Shown: piece by piece, positions 23,750 to 34,737 of the stretch
Position numbering within the stretch: the first letter of the stretch is position 1
Layout of the letters: every line of letters begins with the position of its first letter
Assembly (NCBI GenBank): GCA_043228905.1
Contig: JBHGNT010000003.1
Coordinates: 4,774,001 to 4,838,000, forward strand
Length of the DNA stretch: 64,000 nt
DNA from: Azolla caroliniana
Taxonomy: Eukaryota > Plantae > Polypodiophyta
Direction: 5' to 3'
The notes under the pieces: model-generated
What the model was told of the DNA's origin: nothing
Seen by the model: only the letters and a program-made list of their open reading frames with translations
Databases searched by the model: none
Translations under genes and position numbers: made by a program

Positions 23750-26488
23750 TCAAAAAGTTACATTCTCGGATGTACCAATTACTGCATTATCTTCGTCATA
23801 AACCAAATGCTTTGACTCTAGATTATATGTAGCAGATCTCGTTTGCCTTCGACTGGAGCCAGCTTGTAGACCTGGTAATTTTTCTTTTATTAGATCTATT
23901 GTTGACTTCCTTAGTCGTCTGGCTTTTGTAAGCGTGAAGTCGTACATGATGATATCCACATCAAGGGTTGAGGTGTCACGAATGTTTCGCTTCCTCTTCC
24001 TACCTGCCCTTGTCGTTGGGCATTCAATCATGTCCAATGTATACTTACCTGTAAAAACATTTGCACTTCTAGTGTTGTACCAATGAACGTTTATAGACTT
24101 GATCGTGTTTTCTATTTCATACATTAGCACTTCTAGAATTTTACCAACCCAAAATTGGTGGTCATGTGAGTTCTCATCAGTCGGCGTTGCAATCAACATC
24201 CCCGCCGCGAGCTCTTGCAAATTGCCTTGCCATCTAGCTTTGGCTGCTTTGGTCATCCTTGGTCCCACATAAATGTCTCTTTGTTGTGGATGGACCAAAC
24301 TGTCATTAATCGCATTTGCTGGTTGCTCCGGAGTATTATTTACACGATCATGTTGTAGCGACCATGTGAATGGCGTTTCCAAATTCCAATTATCACCAAA
24401 TACACAATTGTCTATAATTCCTTTCTGATCACTAAAAAATACATCCCACCATGACGTGTCTTGTTGTGCGGCATATTTCTTGGCGGCCTCAATATGCTTT
24501 CTTTTTTCTTCTAAGGCTTGGAGCCATTACCGTTTTTGTTCCGATACCAAGTCACTATGCAACTGTCCTTTCTTCTCAATTGGCATTTGTTTAGCTCCAT
24601 GGACAATTGTACTCGGCATACAAAGTAATAACTGGCAACCACCTTTAGGTTCCCATGTTGGAGAAGATGAATATTGTTTAGCATACAAAAGCGTAGAACC
24701 ACTTATTTCATTTTTCTTTATCATAAAAATGTGATTGAAGCTTATATTGTTTAACTTGGCGAGCACTTTAACATTCCCAACACCCCCATCTGATATATAT
24801 CTCTTAAATTCATATACCTCCTTCAAGTGTAACACTTTTGGGCGTGGTGTATATACATCACAAATGACATCAAATAGTTTAGGTAATGTGAAAGCATCAT
24901 GTCGAGACAACTGTTTGGAGAATGTGCTAAACATTTGATCTATATGATCATGTGTGTGGCCAACCAAAAGAAAATTGACTTTCACTTTTCTAAACAATCC
25001 TTGGTTGACCAACATACTTAGATAGCCAAACACAATTGAATTTTTGTTCTCTCTAGTAGTATTGTCCAATTGAATGTATAGAACATGGGGGAACGATTGG
25101 CCCCAAGACATCAAAACTCGGTGAATCACTGTAATTGTTAGGTTAGGGTCTTTGTGAACATTGGGGTATGTAATGAAGACGTGAGGTCCAACTGACCTAT
25201 TATAAGCCAAGCATCCCACCAAGTGCATTTGAACAAGGCACTCATCATTGACGTCTTTGGGGAGCCTCCGCATATGCGGCAAGCACGTCTTCTTCTGGTC
25301 CATGCCATCTATCATTAAACACATGTATTGTTCGGGCCTCTTCAAACACTTCTCTCTATGATGCATCGCCTTCTTTCATTCTAACTATTGTGCCTCACGA
25401 TGCTCCTGTAGTAACTTCTTACTCATATGCTTTTCCATTGATGTCTTTGCACCTTTAGCCAAACTTTTAAGATTTGCACAAATGGAGCAATACCCCATGC
25501 ATACTTTACGTGGAATGATAACATTTGAAAACCAAGCTCTCCATAATCTTGTGAATTGGCTATATGTGATAGATTTATTACGTGAGCCCACAATATCAGA
25601 TCGATAGACATCATAAACTTCTCGACATATGTAATTATCAAAGAGGTGCATCCTACTTGTAGTGGGCATTACTTCACAATTTAAATAAAAGTAACTTTTC
25701 ATCCAACCAATAGCATGTCTTCCAATTGCACCTTTCATACTTGGAACCTCTTTACAATTGAGCATCTAAACCCCGCTAAGTAGACGTTGTTGTACTCTAT
25801 GTAGCTGCATGTTACTAACACATAACACAATTTTGAATGCAACTCTACATATCTGTTGCGCATGGAAGATATAATACTCGAATGATACTTTGATCCCCGT
25901 ACATTTGTCAAACACTAGTTGCATATGTGACCCAAGGTAAGTGTCTTGTTCATCATCAGTCATCGAAAAATAGTATCGCCATAATTCTCGCAACTTTGAT
26001 TTTCCAATCATAGACATACACCCACGGGCACAACATATTGTTTTGACATCAAATCCAATATGCTTATCTGATGTCACCAAGTTAAATCTAGCCAGACGAA
26101 TTCTTCGTGGGATTCTTCTAATATGCATAGGGCTTCCTGATTTCTCTTCCTGCGTAGAAGTTGGTGTAACCTTGTAACTATCCAATTCTTTGTTGTGACC
26201 ATCGCCCATGATATTCGATGTTTCATTGGCACTACCTTCATTCTCCATATCTTTATTAATATTGTATTCTTCAATAGAGAACTCTTCACATGTGTCATTA
26301 TTCACATGCGTTGTAGGTGAAGATGAGCTCAGACAATATTCTTTGATAGAAAATGGTGAGTCTGTCAACAAACAATATTCTTCGATAGAAAATGGTGAGT
26401 GTGTCGACAGACAATACTCTTCGGTAGAAAACGAAGAGTTTGATGACAAACAATATTCTTCAATCAAGAACAGTGAGTCTTCACTCAT
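23750..26488 (-). pseudogene. Sola-type DDD transposase (DUF7869-like core), disrupted
   Basis: ORF pieces 25766-26488, 25385-25765, 24527-25366, 23750-24382; motifs CC..GC...ICR, CSIC, MIDGMDQ.K..LP, YIQLDN..RENKN, FLLVGHTHDHIDQMF; the 4-bp TSD fits Sola (superfamily assignment from motif memory). Confidence 0.8.
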
Positions 26489-27400
26489 GGCTTAAGGTCC
26501 ACACAAAGCTCTTTAAGTTATGTGCTTAGGCTAACATAAAAAACTGATAAGCTCCTCCCTAAACATAAACTCCTCTCTAAACAGAAACTCCTCTCTAAAC
26601 AGAAGCTCCCTCAATATAATGTCTATATTATTTAATATTATATTAATACAATAAATAAAGATATTATTTTTAATATAATAATTGTATTTAACATATTAAT
26701 AATTACTTAAACTAGTCAATATAAAGTTAAATAAATTATTTTGTATACCTTATTAATCCGATAATATATAATTTAAATTAAATTTACTTTAGCCATCAAG
26801 TATAATATAATTACAATCATTACCAAGCCATATATATGTTGGTTTAAAGTTAAAATCATTGATTAATTAATGGCACCCATTTTTTATATAGAACTTCTAA
26901 ATCATTGGTTCATTCATGCCCACCATTTTAAATATAAGACTTTTCAATCATTGATTCATTCATGGCCACATCTTTAATACAAAGCAATTAAGAGCCATAA
27001 AAATGTTGCTTTGAGTATTCAATCATTGGTTCATTCATGAACCTCTATCATTGTTTCTTTCATGACCTTCAAAGTCATTGTATGTTAGTTTGACTATAAA
27101 ACAATCATTAATACGTTAGTTTGACTATTTAATCATTGATCCATTCATAAACATCATTTATTTCAAATCCATTAGAGACTCATTGGTACACTCAAGATTA
27201 TGTACTAAATAAAGGAACTCTGGTTAAAGTGACTGTGGTGGTGACTGTGGTTACTTTAACCACTGCGGTCAATCCCTATAAATAGGAAGACCTCCTGATA
27301 TTTCAATCACACGAAGCACACTCGTAGAATAAAGCACAAGAGCACACAGAGCACGAAGCACCAAATTGGGATCTCCCCCTCAGCATCGACAACATCAACC
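26489..27400. promoter_or_regulatory. AT-rich divergent intergenic/promoter region between transposase and cargo gene; TATA box CTATAAATA at about 27276-27284
   Basis: Head-to-head genes; TATA about 120 bp upstream of ATG 27401; repeated AATCATTG(G/A)TTCATTCATG motifs 26855-27150. Confidence 0.55.
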
Positions 27401-29892
27401 ATGTCTTCAAAGAAAATCGAGTGCCAAGACTCCAAGTAAGCGTCTAACACTCTGGACATTTTTGTAAATATGTTTTAGCACTCAAGAACATGATACGACG
27501 TATCGAGTTCCTATATAAAGTTTGCGTTTTCAATAGGAACTCGATACAGCTCGAGTTCGAGTATTATGTTTGTGTTTTATAGAGGAACTCGATACGACGT
27601 ATCGAGTTCCTGTATAAAGTTCGTGTTTTATACAGGAACTCGATACGCCGTATCGAGTTCCTGTGTAAAGTTTGTGTTTTAGACAGGAACTCGATTCGCA
27701 GTATCGAGTTCCTGTGTAAAGTATGTGTTTTATACAGGAACTCGATTCACCGTATCGAGTTCCTATGTAAAGTATGTGTTTTGCACTGGAACTCGATACG
27801 TCGTATCGAGTTCCTGTATAAAACACATACTTTACACTGGATATGACGTATTGAGTTACTATATAAAACACAAAATTTAAACAGGAATATTGTGTCTTTG
27901 GGGGAACAATTTAGTATATGTGTGAAAAGATACCAAATTTTATGTCAAATTCAGACTTTTTTAATGACATTTGCCATATTTTGTAACAACTAGCGGCCTT
28001 ACTTAAAAAGGTTTTATGACCTAATGTAGCTTAAAATAATAGAAAATAACCCACAAATTACCTTTATGATACCAAATTTAAGTCTGTCATATGCAAATTC
28101 TCTACAATATAGATATGGAATCAATATAAGCCATGCCTACCCTTCAATATGATATATATCCTTGTATAGCTATTAAGATATATAATTTTCGAAGTTGAAT
28201 AGCCCTTACTAGAATGAATTTCCGAATAAAGGACTATCATGTTCACTCAATATACGATTGATATTTATAGTTTACCACAAATCGCCAGCTAGTTTTTGTC
28301 TTCGTCTACTTATGTATATTTTAATATACAACCTTAATCTAGGTAACCACCTAACTTATGTTTTCGCATCTCCTTTCTTAAATAGGTCGTTTGAGAAGTT
28401 GTCGGACTGACCTGTGAAGAAGATAAAGCTCCGGATAAAGGGCTCTCCAATTGAGACCAAGACCCTAATAGATCCTGAGAACATGAAGAGAGGAAAAAAG
28501 TTTCTCTTCAACGAGGAGAAAAAATCTCAACCATCCAATGATGTCAGCCAAAAGAAAATGTTAACAGCTACTAGTGGTGAGGACCTTCCTGACCGTGATC
28601 TGACGGACAAGGAATGGTGTATGCAATACGTCGACTCCAAGAAAAAAGTCATGTTGTATACAACAAAGAAGAAGGGTGACAGTCAGCTTGAAAATGAAAC
28701 CGCATTTATGTAAGGCCGTATTCTAAGATTTGACTATGAAGATTTAGATTCAACCAACATTCTGGTAATGATAGAGTGCTCTAAGTGGGTACATAAAGTG
28801 TACCTTTCTGAAGATCTACTAGTAAAGGAATCTTGTGCACCAGAATCTTTTAAAAAAGATCTAGAAAGCTCACAAAACCTTATTGTCACCTTGAGGCCTT
28901 ATATACAAGGCCATGTAACTCTAAGGGAGCCCTTGCCCTCCCTAGTGAAGGCCCCGAAAAGGGCATCTAAAGTGCAATCAAGACCATCAAAAAAGAAGAC
29001 CGCTAAAATGTCGGACTCTGACTCATCAAGCTCAAATGAAGATGAGGACACTAAGGGGATTCCAGGAGCTGAGCTGGCATTTGGTGTGTTGTCATCTGAG
29101 CAGAATAAGATACGGAGAGAGTTAATGCAACGTAAACTGGTCAGAAAAGGGCAAGTGTTTAATTTGCCTATAACACACATCCATTGACCCCCTATAGATG
29201 AAAAAACAGGACGAAGACCACTTGAGATCAGAGAGCCACACCGAATGCATGTTCAAAATCTTAAGAAAAAAATGAAAAATATCCACATGCTACCGTTGTG
29301 CCTTTTATTGTTATGGTGGATACCGAAGAATGTGAAACCACTAAAGAATTCGACATAAGAAAGCATGATCAATACAATTACTTTGTAATTGGTGGATCGC
29401 ATTCGACGGAGGCACATTGGCAACTTGTGAGAGAACATCCAACGACTTTCTTCTTCAAGTATCCAGAGTGCAAAATTTACGTGGGCCTCACAACTGAAGA
29501 GGCAAAGCTATTGGCATGGAACCACAATAATGATAATGACTATAGGCAGAAAATGTCATCGATTAAGTGTATAAGTTTCTTCCACCACGAGTATTTGGAT
29601 GTCAAACAAAAGCTCGGTGTGAAGCTACATCCAAGCCTACGACGTCAATGCTTGCATGAAGTCGGCATTGTGGTGGATGATAATGTTAAGTCTGATGGTC
29701 TTCGGAAATATGAGTCCTAGCTTCAACTTGCCTTTAGAGATGGAGAAGTATAGGACCTACAAGATCAAATCTTCTCAATGTGGGAGAATAAGGAGGTCAA
29801 GGGTCAACGACAAAAGAAATGTAAGGTAGACCCTCAACTAGAATTAAAGTCATAAGTGGTGAAAAAAATTGATTTGACAATTGAAGAGGTGA
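27401..29892 (+). pseudogene. Transposon cargo gene, 5' half: spliced, encodes a ParB/Srx-like domain
   Basis: Exon 1 27401-27435, GT..AG intron 27436-28385 joins in frame to ORF 28414; ParB-like pattern IREP..HVQNLKKKM..PFIVMVD..YFVIGGSHSTEA..CKIYVGLTTEEAKLLAWNHN..KMS; several premature stops. Confidence 0.7.
27470..27870. repeat. Tandem array of about 8 51-bp units, each a long palindrome
   Basis: Core AGGAACTCGATACG-N-CGTATCGAGTTCCT at 27583, 27634, 27685, 27736, 27787, with degenerate units at about 27485, 27535 and 27838. Confidence 0.92.
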
Positions 29893-32039
29893 TGTCATGT
29901 GAATCTTCTCACACTATGTAAAAAAATAAATAATAAAATAAGTACTTTATATTAGCTTAATGCCATGTTGTAGAAAGATAGATGTTTAAGAAGATAGGGA
30001 AAATAGAACTATGATTTATCCCACATAGATAGGAAACTTAAGGCTCTGGCTATATAAGTACCTTGAGATCCCTCATTTTTCATTTGTGCTAAAAACACTT
30101 TGGCCACTTTGTCTTGATAAATGATGGTGGCCAGGTTCCCAAAAACCGGAAACCGGTCGTTGAGCAAAACGGGAAACCGACTGGTAATCAAAATCGGAAC
30201 CGGGCTAGTAAGCAAAACTAGAACCGGCCCGCTAAGCAAAACCGGAACCAGCCGTTAAGCAAAACGGGAAACCGGCCGATAAGCAAAACCAGAACCGGCC
30301 CGGTAAGCAAAACCAGAACCGGCCGGTAAGCCAAACCGGAACCCGGGTTTTTTGGGAACTTGGCCACCATCATCCATCAAGACAAAGTGGCCGAAAAACC
30401 AGAAACCCGCCGGTAAGCAAAACTCGAAACCTGGCCGGTAAGCAAAACCGGAAACCAGCCTATAAGCAAAACCGAAACTAGTCGGTAAGGAAAACCGGAA
30501 CCGGGTCGGCAAGCCAAACCGAAAACTGGCCGGTAATCAAACCGGAACCGGTGGCGGAGCCGGTGAGTTGGCGGCAATCGGCGACCGGACGGAACTGGCG
30601 ACCGAACGAGGCTGGGCGCAAACCAAACGGATAACAAGATCATGTGGCTAATTAAAGTGAAGTGAAGAAAACTAAAGTAAAGGTCATGTGGATGGTCGCA
30701 TGCAATTAAAAGAAAAAGGCATGCAACTAAAAATAGATGCAACTAAAAGAAAAAGCTATGCAACTAAAAGTAGAGGCCATGCAACAAAAAGTGGAGAGGC
30801 TATGATCAACGGAGAACTCCATATATATTCCATTTTTTTTCCTACACTCATTTGCTCTCCATATTATTTTTCTTATTCTTCTCAAATCCCCAATCTTCCC
30901 TACGGAAGCCATAACACTCAAAAACCCTAATTTTCTTACGGAAGCCATAAACCCTAAATTCCCTACGGAAGCCATAACACTCAAAACCCCTAATTTTCCC
31001 TACGGAAGCCATATCTCTCATAAACCCTAATTTTCCCTACGGAAGCCATATAATTTTCCTATCGAATTCGTATCTTAGTTTCTTCTAATCTATTATTCTA
31101 GTAATCTCCATAAGCTAAACTTTTGTAATCCCAATCTTGGGATTGATTGTAATCTTTCTTTTCCTTTGTTAATGAAATTTGTCAATCTTTCTTATTTTTG
31201 TTAATTGTTAAAAATATAAAAGCACGAATCTGATCTCCTCTAGTCGGAGGCCCCGGGGTCCTGCCTCAAGTTCGCGTATCCTTATCGTATTTTCGCGACA
31301 TCTTTGGGGAACACGACGTGAAAGAGGCGGTAGGGAGGATATCAAGTGCAACGATGGCTTCCACAAGAGGAACTCAAGCAGAGGAATTAACGAAAGGCAT
31401 GGTGTCTGTTGTGGAATACATGCTGAAGGTGAGAGATCGAGAAGCTGTAATTAACAAAGTTGTTGATCGTACGGTTGAGATAGACGGACGATTTGGTGGG
31501 AAGAACATCACGGATTTTCTTGCTGCCTATCGGAATGAGATGCAACAAAGGGATGTCAATGATCTCAAACAAATTTCTGGCTTCAAACGTGTGGTGGAGC
31601 CAGGGATCCACGAGCGCGTCATGGAGATCCAAAACGAGCATGCAACTAGGGCAGAGTTCGAAAAGGCGCTTCTCGTTGAATACATGCTTGAAGACGCATC
31701 ACGGATGACTCAACAGACGCTAATGTCTTGGATTGAGAAGAAAGGAAAGAATATCTGTGCATCTGGAGTACAGTAAACATTCGGTTAAGTACGCACTTTA
31801 AGTGCGTACTTAACCGAGCCGCGTACTTAGGGCTTTTTACACACAATTTTTTTTTCCCCAAATTTTGTTTTGTCTACACATAATAGAGAGCGTAGCCCCA
31901 ACAGCCACTGATCAAAGCCTGTTTGCTTCTTCATTGATCACGCGCACCTGCATAGAATACTATTTCTTCACCTTATCTCTTCTCAACACACTATTTGTGC
32001 TCCTATCGTCTTCTCCAGGTACATAGATTTTCTGTGCAT

Positions 32040-32945
32040 TTCTAGGTTTTCTAAGACTGAGGGTTTAGGGAACTAAAAAATAATTGGCTGTGGAAGAGTA
32101 TGTGATGCATGTGTCTTGTTTTTATTGCTTAATCAGATTTCATACAGTGATTAAGTTCATAAATTGTGGGTTCCTTAGATCAAGGGTTTAGGGAATTCGA
32201 AATTTATTGACTATGGAAGAGTAAACGATGTATTTGTCTTGTTTTAATTGTTGAATTGGAGTCCATATGGTGATTAGGTTCATAAATTATAGGTTTCTTA
32301 GATCGAGGTTTAGGGAAATGAAAAATAATTGATTGTAGAAGAGTTTGTGATGTATTCGTTTGGTTTTTATGGCCGAATTAGAGTCCATATATCAATTAGG
32401 TTTACAAATTATGGATGTCTTAGTCCGTGGGTTTAGGGAATTCAAAGATTATTGACTGTGGAAGAGTATATGGTGTATTGGTCTTGTTTTTATGGCTGAA
32501 TTAGAGTTCATATATTGATTAGGTTCCTAAATTATAGGTTTCTTAATATGAGGGTTAAGGGAATTTGAAAATTATTGAATGTGAAAGAGTATGTGATGTA
32601 TTTGTCTTGTTTTTATGGCTGAATTAGACTCCATATGTCAATTAGGTTCACAAATTATGGGTTTCTTAGTCTGAGGGTTGAGGGAATCCGAAAATTATTG
32701 ACTATGGAAGAGTATGTGATGTATTTGTCTTGCTTTTATTACTGAATTGAACTTTATATGGTGATTAAGTTTATAAATTATGGGTTTCTTAGGCTGAATG
32801 TCTAGGGAATTTGAAAATGATTAATCGTAAAAGAGTATGTGATGTTATTGTCTGGTTTTTATGGTTGAATTAGAGTCCATATGTCGATTAGGTTCGCAAA
32901 TATTGGGTTTCTTAGTTTGAGGGTTTGGGGGAATTAAAAAACAAT
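32040..32945. repeat. About 8 copies of a 122-123-bp tandem repeat in the pogo 5' region (probable 5'-UTR intron)
   Basis: Recurring GGGTTTAGGGAA...GAAGAGTATGTGATG...TTAGAGTCCATAT with AGGGAA at about 32068, 32190, 32312, 32435, 32558, 32681, 32804, 32927; CAG|GTAC donor near 32019 and TTATAG just before ATG 32989. Confidence 0.85.
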
Positions 32946-32988
32946 AGATAAGTCAATGTGAAATTAGCTAATTAGCTTTATTATAGAG

Positions 32989-34737
32989 ATGAATTCAACC
33001 CGCAAGCGAGGTGTTGGACCTCTTTTAAATGATGAACAAAGGCTACAAATTTTGGAGATAGTGGAACAACCATCAACTCCTTCTCTTCGCAAAATTGGCA
33101 GAAAATTTGGTGTGAGTGAAGGTGCAATTAGAAGTTTGATCAAGAAGAAGGATGAGGTACGAATGCGTGTCCAATTAAAGGATCATAATACAAGGAAAAC
33201 AACTTTTCGGGGATCTAAAGGGAAATATCCAGAATTAGAGGAGCGCTTGTATGCCTGGATTGATGCATCTCGTAGATTGTCAATTGCATTGCCTCCATCA
33301 GTTATTATGGAAAAGGCTCGACGACTGGCTACACAAATGAATATTTGTGTTGATGATTTCAAAGCAACTTGGGGTTGGTTTAGGAAATTTCGTCATCGCC
33401 AGTGTTTGAATACTATTAGTTTGTATGGCGAAGGAGGGGCAGTTGATCGAAATGACCCTCAATTGTTGGCTTCTTTGGAAAGGCTCTATGCTATAGTTAA
33501 CGAGTATGATCCTCATTGTGTTTACAATATGGATGAAACAGGCTTGTTTTTTCGATTAGTTCTGAGATACACAGTGCTTTTGCCTAGTGAAGATCCTACA
33601 ACAATTCGGGGTAAAAAAAATTTGCTAGATAGAGTTACCTTAGTTGTTTGTTGTAATACGACTGGAACTGAAAAAGTTCCTATTACAATGATTGGAAAGG
33701 ATAAGGAACCTTCTTGTATCGTTGGAAATTCTTGGCCATTACCTTATTTAGCACAAAAAAATGCTTGGATTGATATCCCTACATTTAATAAGTGGTTTGA
33801 TCATGTGTTTGTACCTTTTGTTCGTTCTCGAACTAATCGCAAAGTGCTTCTAATCCTTGATAATGCTCTTGGACATGTCGAAGCATTTGAGCGTGATGCT
33901 ATCAAAGTGATTTTTTTCCCATCAAATGTCACATCATGGAAGCAACCAATGGATATGGGAATTATTGCAGCTTTGAAAAAGAGGTACAAATATCATTTGA
34001 TAAGAGAAGTTTTGACATATCATGATAGTCCAGAAAATGTTAAGATTCGTTTGGAGGATGTAGCTAAACGAATGAGAAGAGGTTCTGTTGGTTTAGCTTT
34101 CGGAAAGTCGGCACATTTGCTAGATGTTGCCAATCTCATTGTTATTGCTTGGAATGAGATCACACAGGAGACACTTTTTAATTGCTATAGAAAGGCAGAT
34201 ATTATTCCATCATTCCGTATTAATGATGTTGAAGTTGTTGAAATGGAAGATCAATGCCTTGATGATCTTGTTGCTTTGTTATGTAACTGCAGTTTGCTTG
34301 AAAATGCACATAATGTAGAAGAAATTCGAGAGGAAATCATGGAATGTGTCAATGCAGATGCAAATGAATCAGAAAAACTTAATCAAAATCTCCTTGAAGA
34401 GATTGATGAAGTTATAGCGCAAGCATCCAACACTAATGAACCACTTGCAGATGATGAAAACGATTTAGATTCTGAGTTTATTGAGATGCAAGATATGCAT
34501 GGATGCTTAAAGGAAGACGATGTGATTATTCCTAAAATATTGCAAAATATTGTTGATACCGAACTCATGGTGAACTCGATAATGACAACAACTTATCTAA
34601 GTTCTGAGAAAGCAAACCAAGTGAAATTAGCTTTATCGAGTGCTCGTAGAATTATTCAAGAAGCAAATTCTGTTATTGTTTCTAAGCGTATCGCTAAAAG
34701 TAGGCAAATGACCCTACATGATTTTGGTATGAAATAG
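32989..34737 (+). CDS. Intact pogo/Tigger-type transposase (CENP-B-like HTH + DDE_1, DD30D)
   Basis: 582-aa ORF; YPELEERLYAW, GWFRKFRHR, YNMDETG, LILDNA, QPMDMGII; 30 residues between second and third Asp; C-terminal PIP-box-like QMTLHDF. Confidence 0.93.
   Translation: MNSTRKRGVGPLLNDEQRLQILEIVEQPSTPSLRKIGRKFGVSEGAIRSLIKKKDEVRMRVQLKDHNTRKTTFRGSKGKYPELEERLYAWIDASRRLSIALPPSVIMEKARRLATQMNICVDDFKATWGWFRKFRHRQCLNTISLYGEGGAVDRNDPQLLASLERLYAIVNEYDPHCVYNMDETGLFFRLVLRYTVLLPSEDPTTIRGKKNLLDRVTLVVCCNTTGTEKVPITMIGKDKEPSCIVGNSWPLPYLAQKNAWIDIPTFNKWFDHVFVPFVRSRTNRKVLLILDNALGHVEAFERDAIKVIFFPSNVTSWKQPMDMGIIAALKKRYKYHLIREVLTYHDSPENVKIRLEDVAKRMRRGSVGLAFGKSAHLLDVANLIVIAWNEITQETLFNCYRKADIIPSFRINDVEVVEMEDQCLDDLVALLCNCSLLENAHNVEEIREEIMECVNADANESEKLNQNLLEEIDEVIAQASNTNEPLADDENDLDSEFIEMQDMHGCLKEDDVIIPKILQNIVDTELMVNSIMTTTYLSSEKANQVKLALSSARRIIQEANSVIVSKRIAKSRQMTLHDFGMK

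Noticed and set aside
27470-27870. CRISPR-like array of regularly spaced palindromes
   Set aside because: No unique spacers (linkers are short and conserved), no cas genes, eukaryotic intron context
27530-27871. 113-aa repetitive minus-strand ORF
   Set aside because: Translation of the 51-bp palindromic array; no independent coding evidence
30009-30984. ORFs with repeated FAYRPVSG-like peptides (also 40574-41006)
   Set aside because: Translations of the 21-22-bp tandem repeats inside gypsy LTRs
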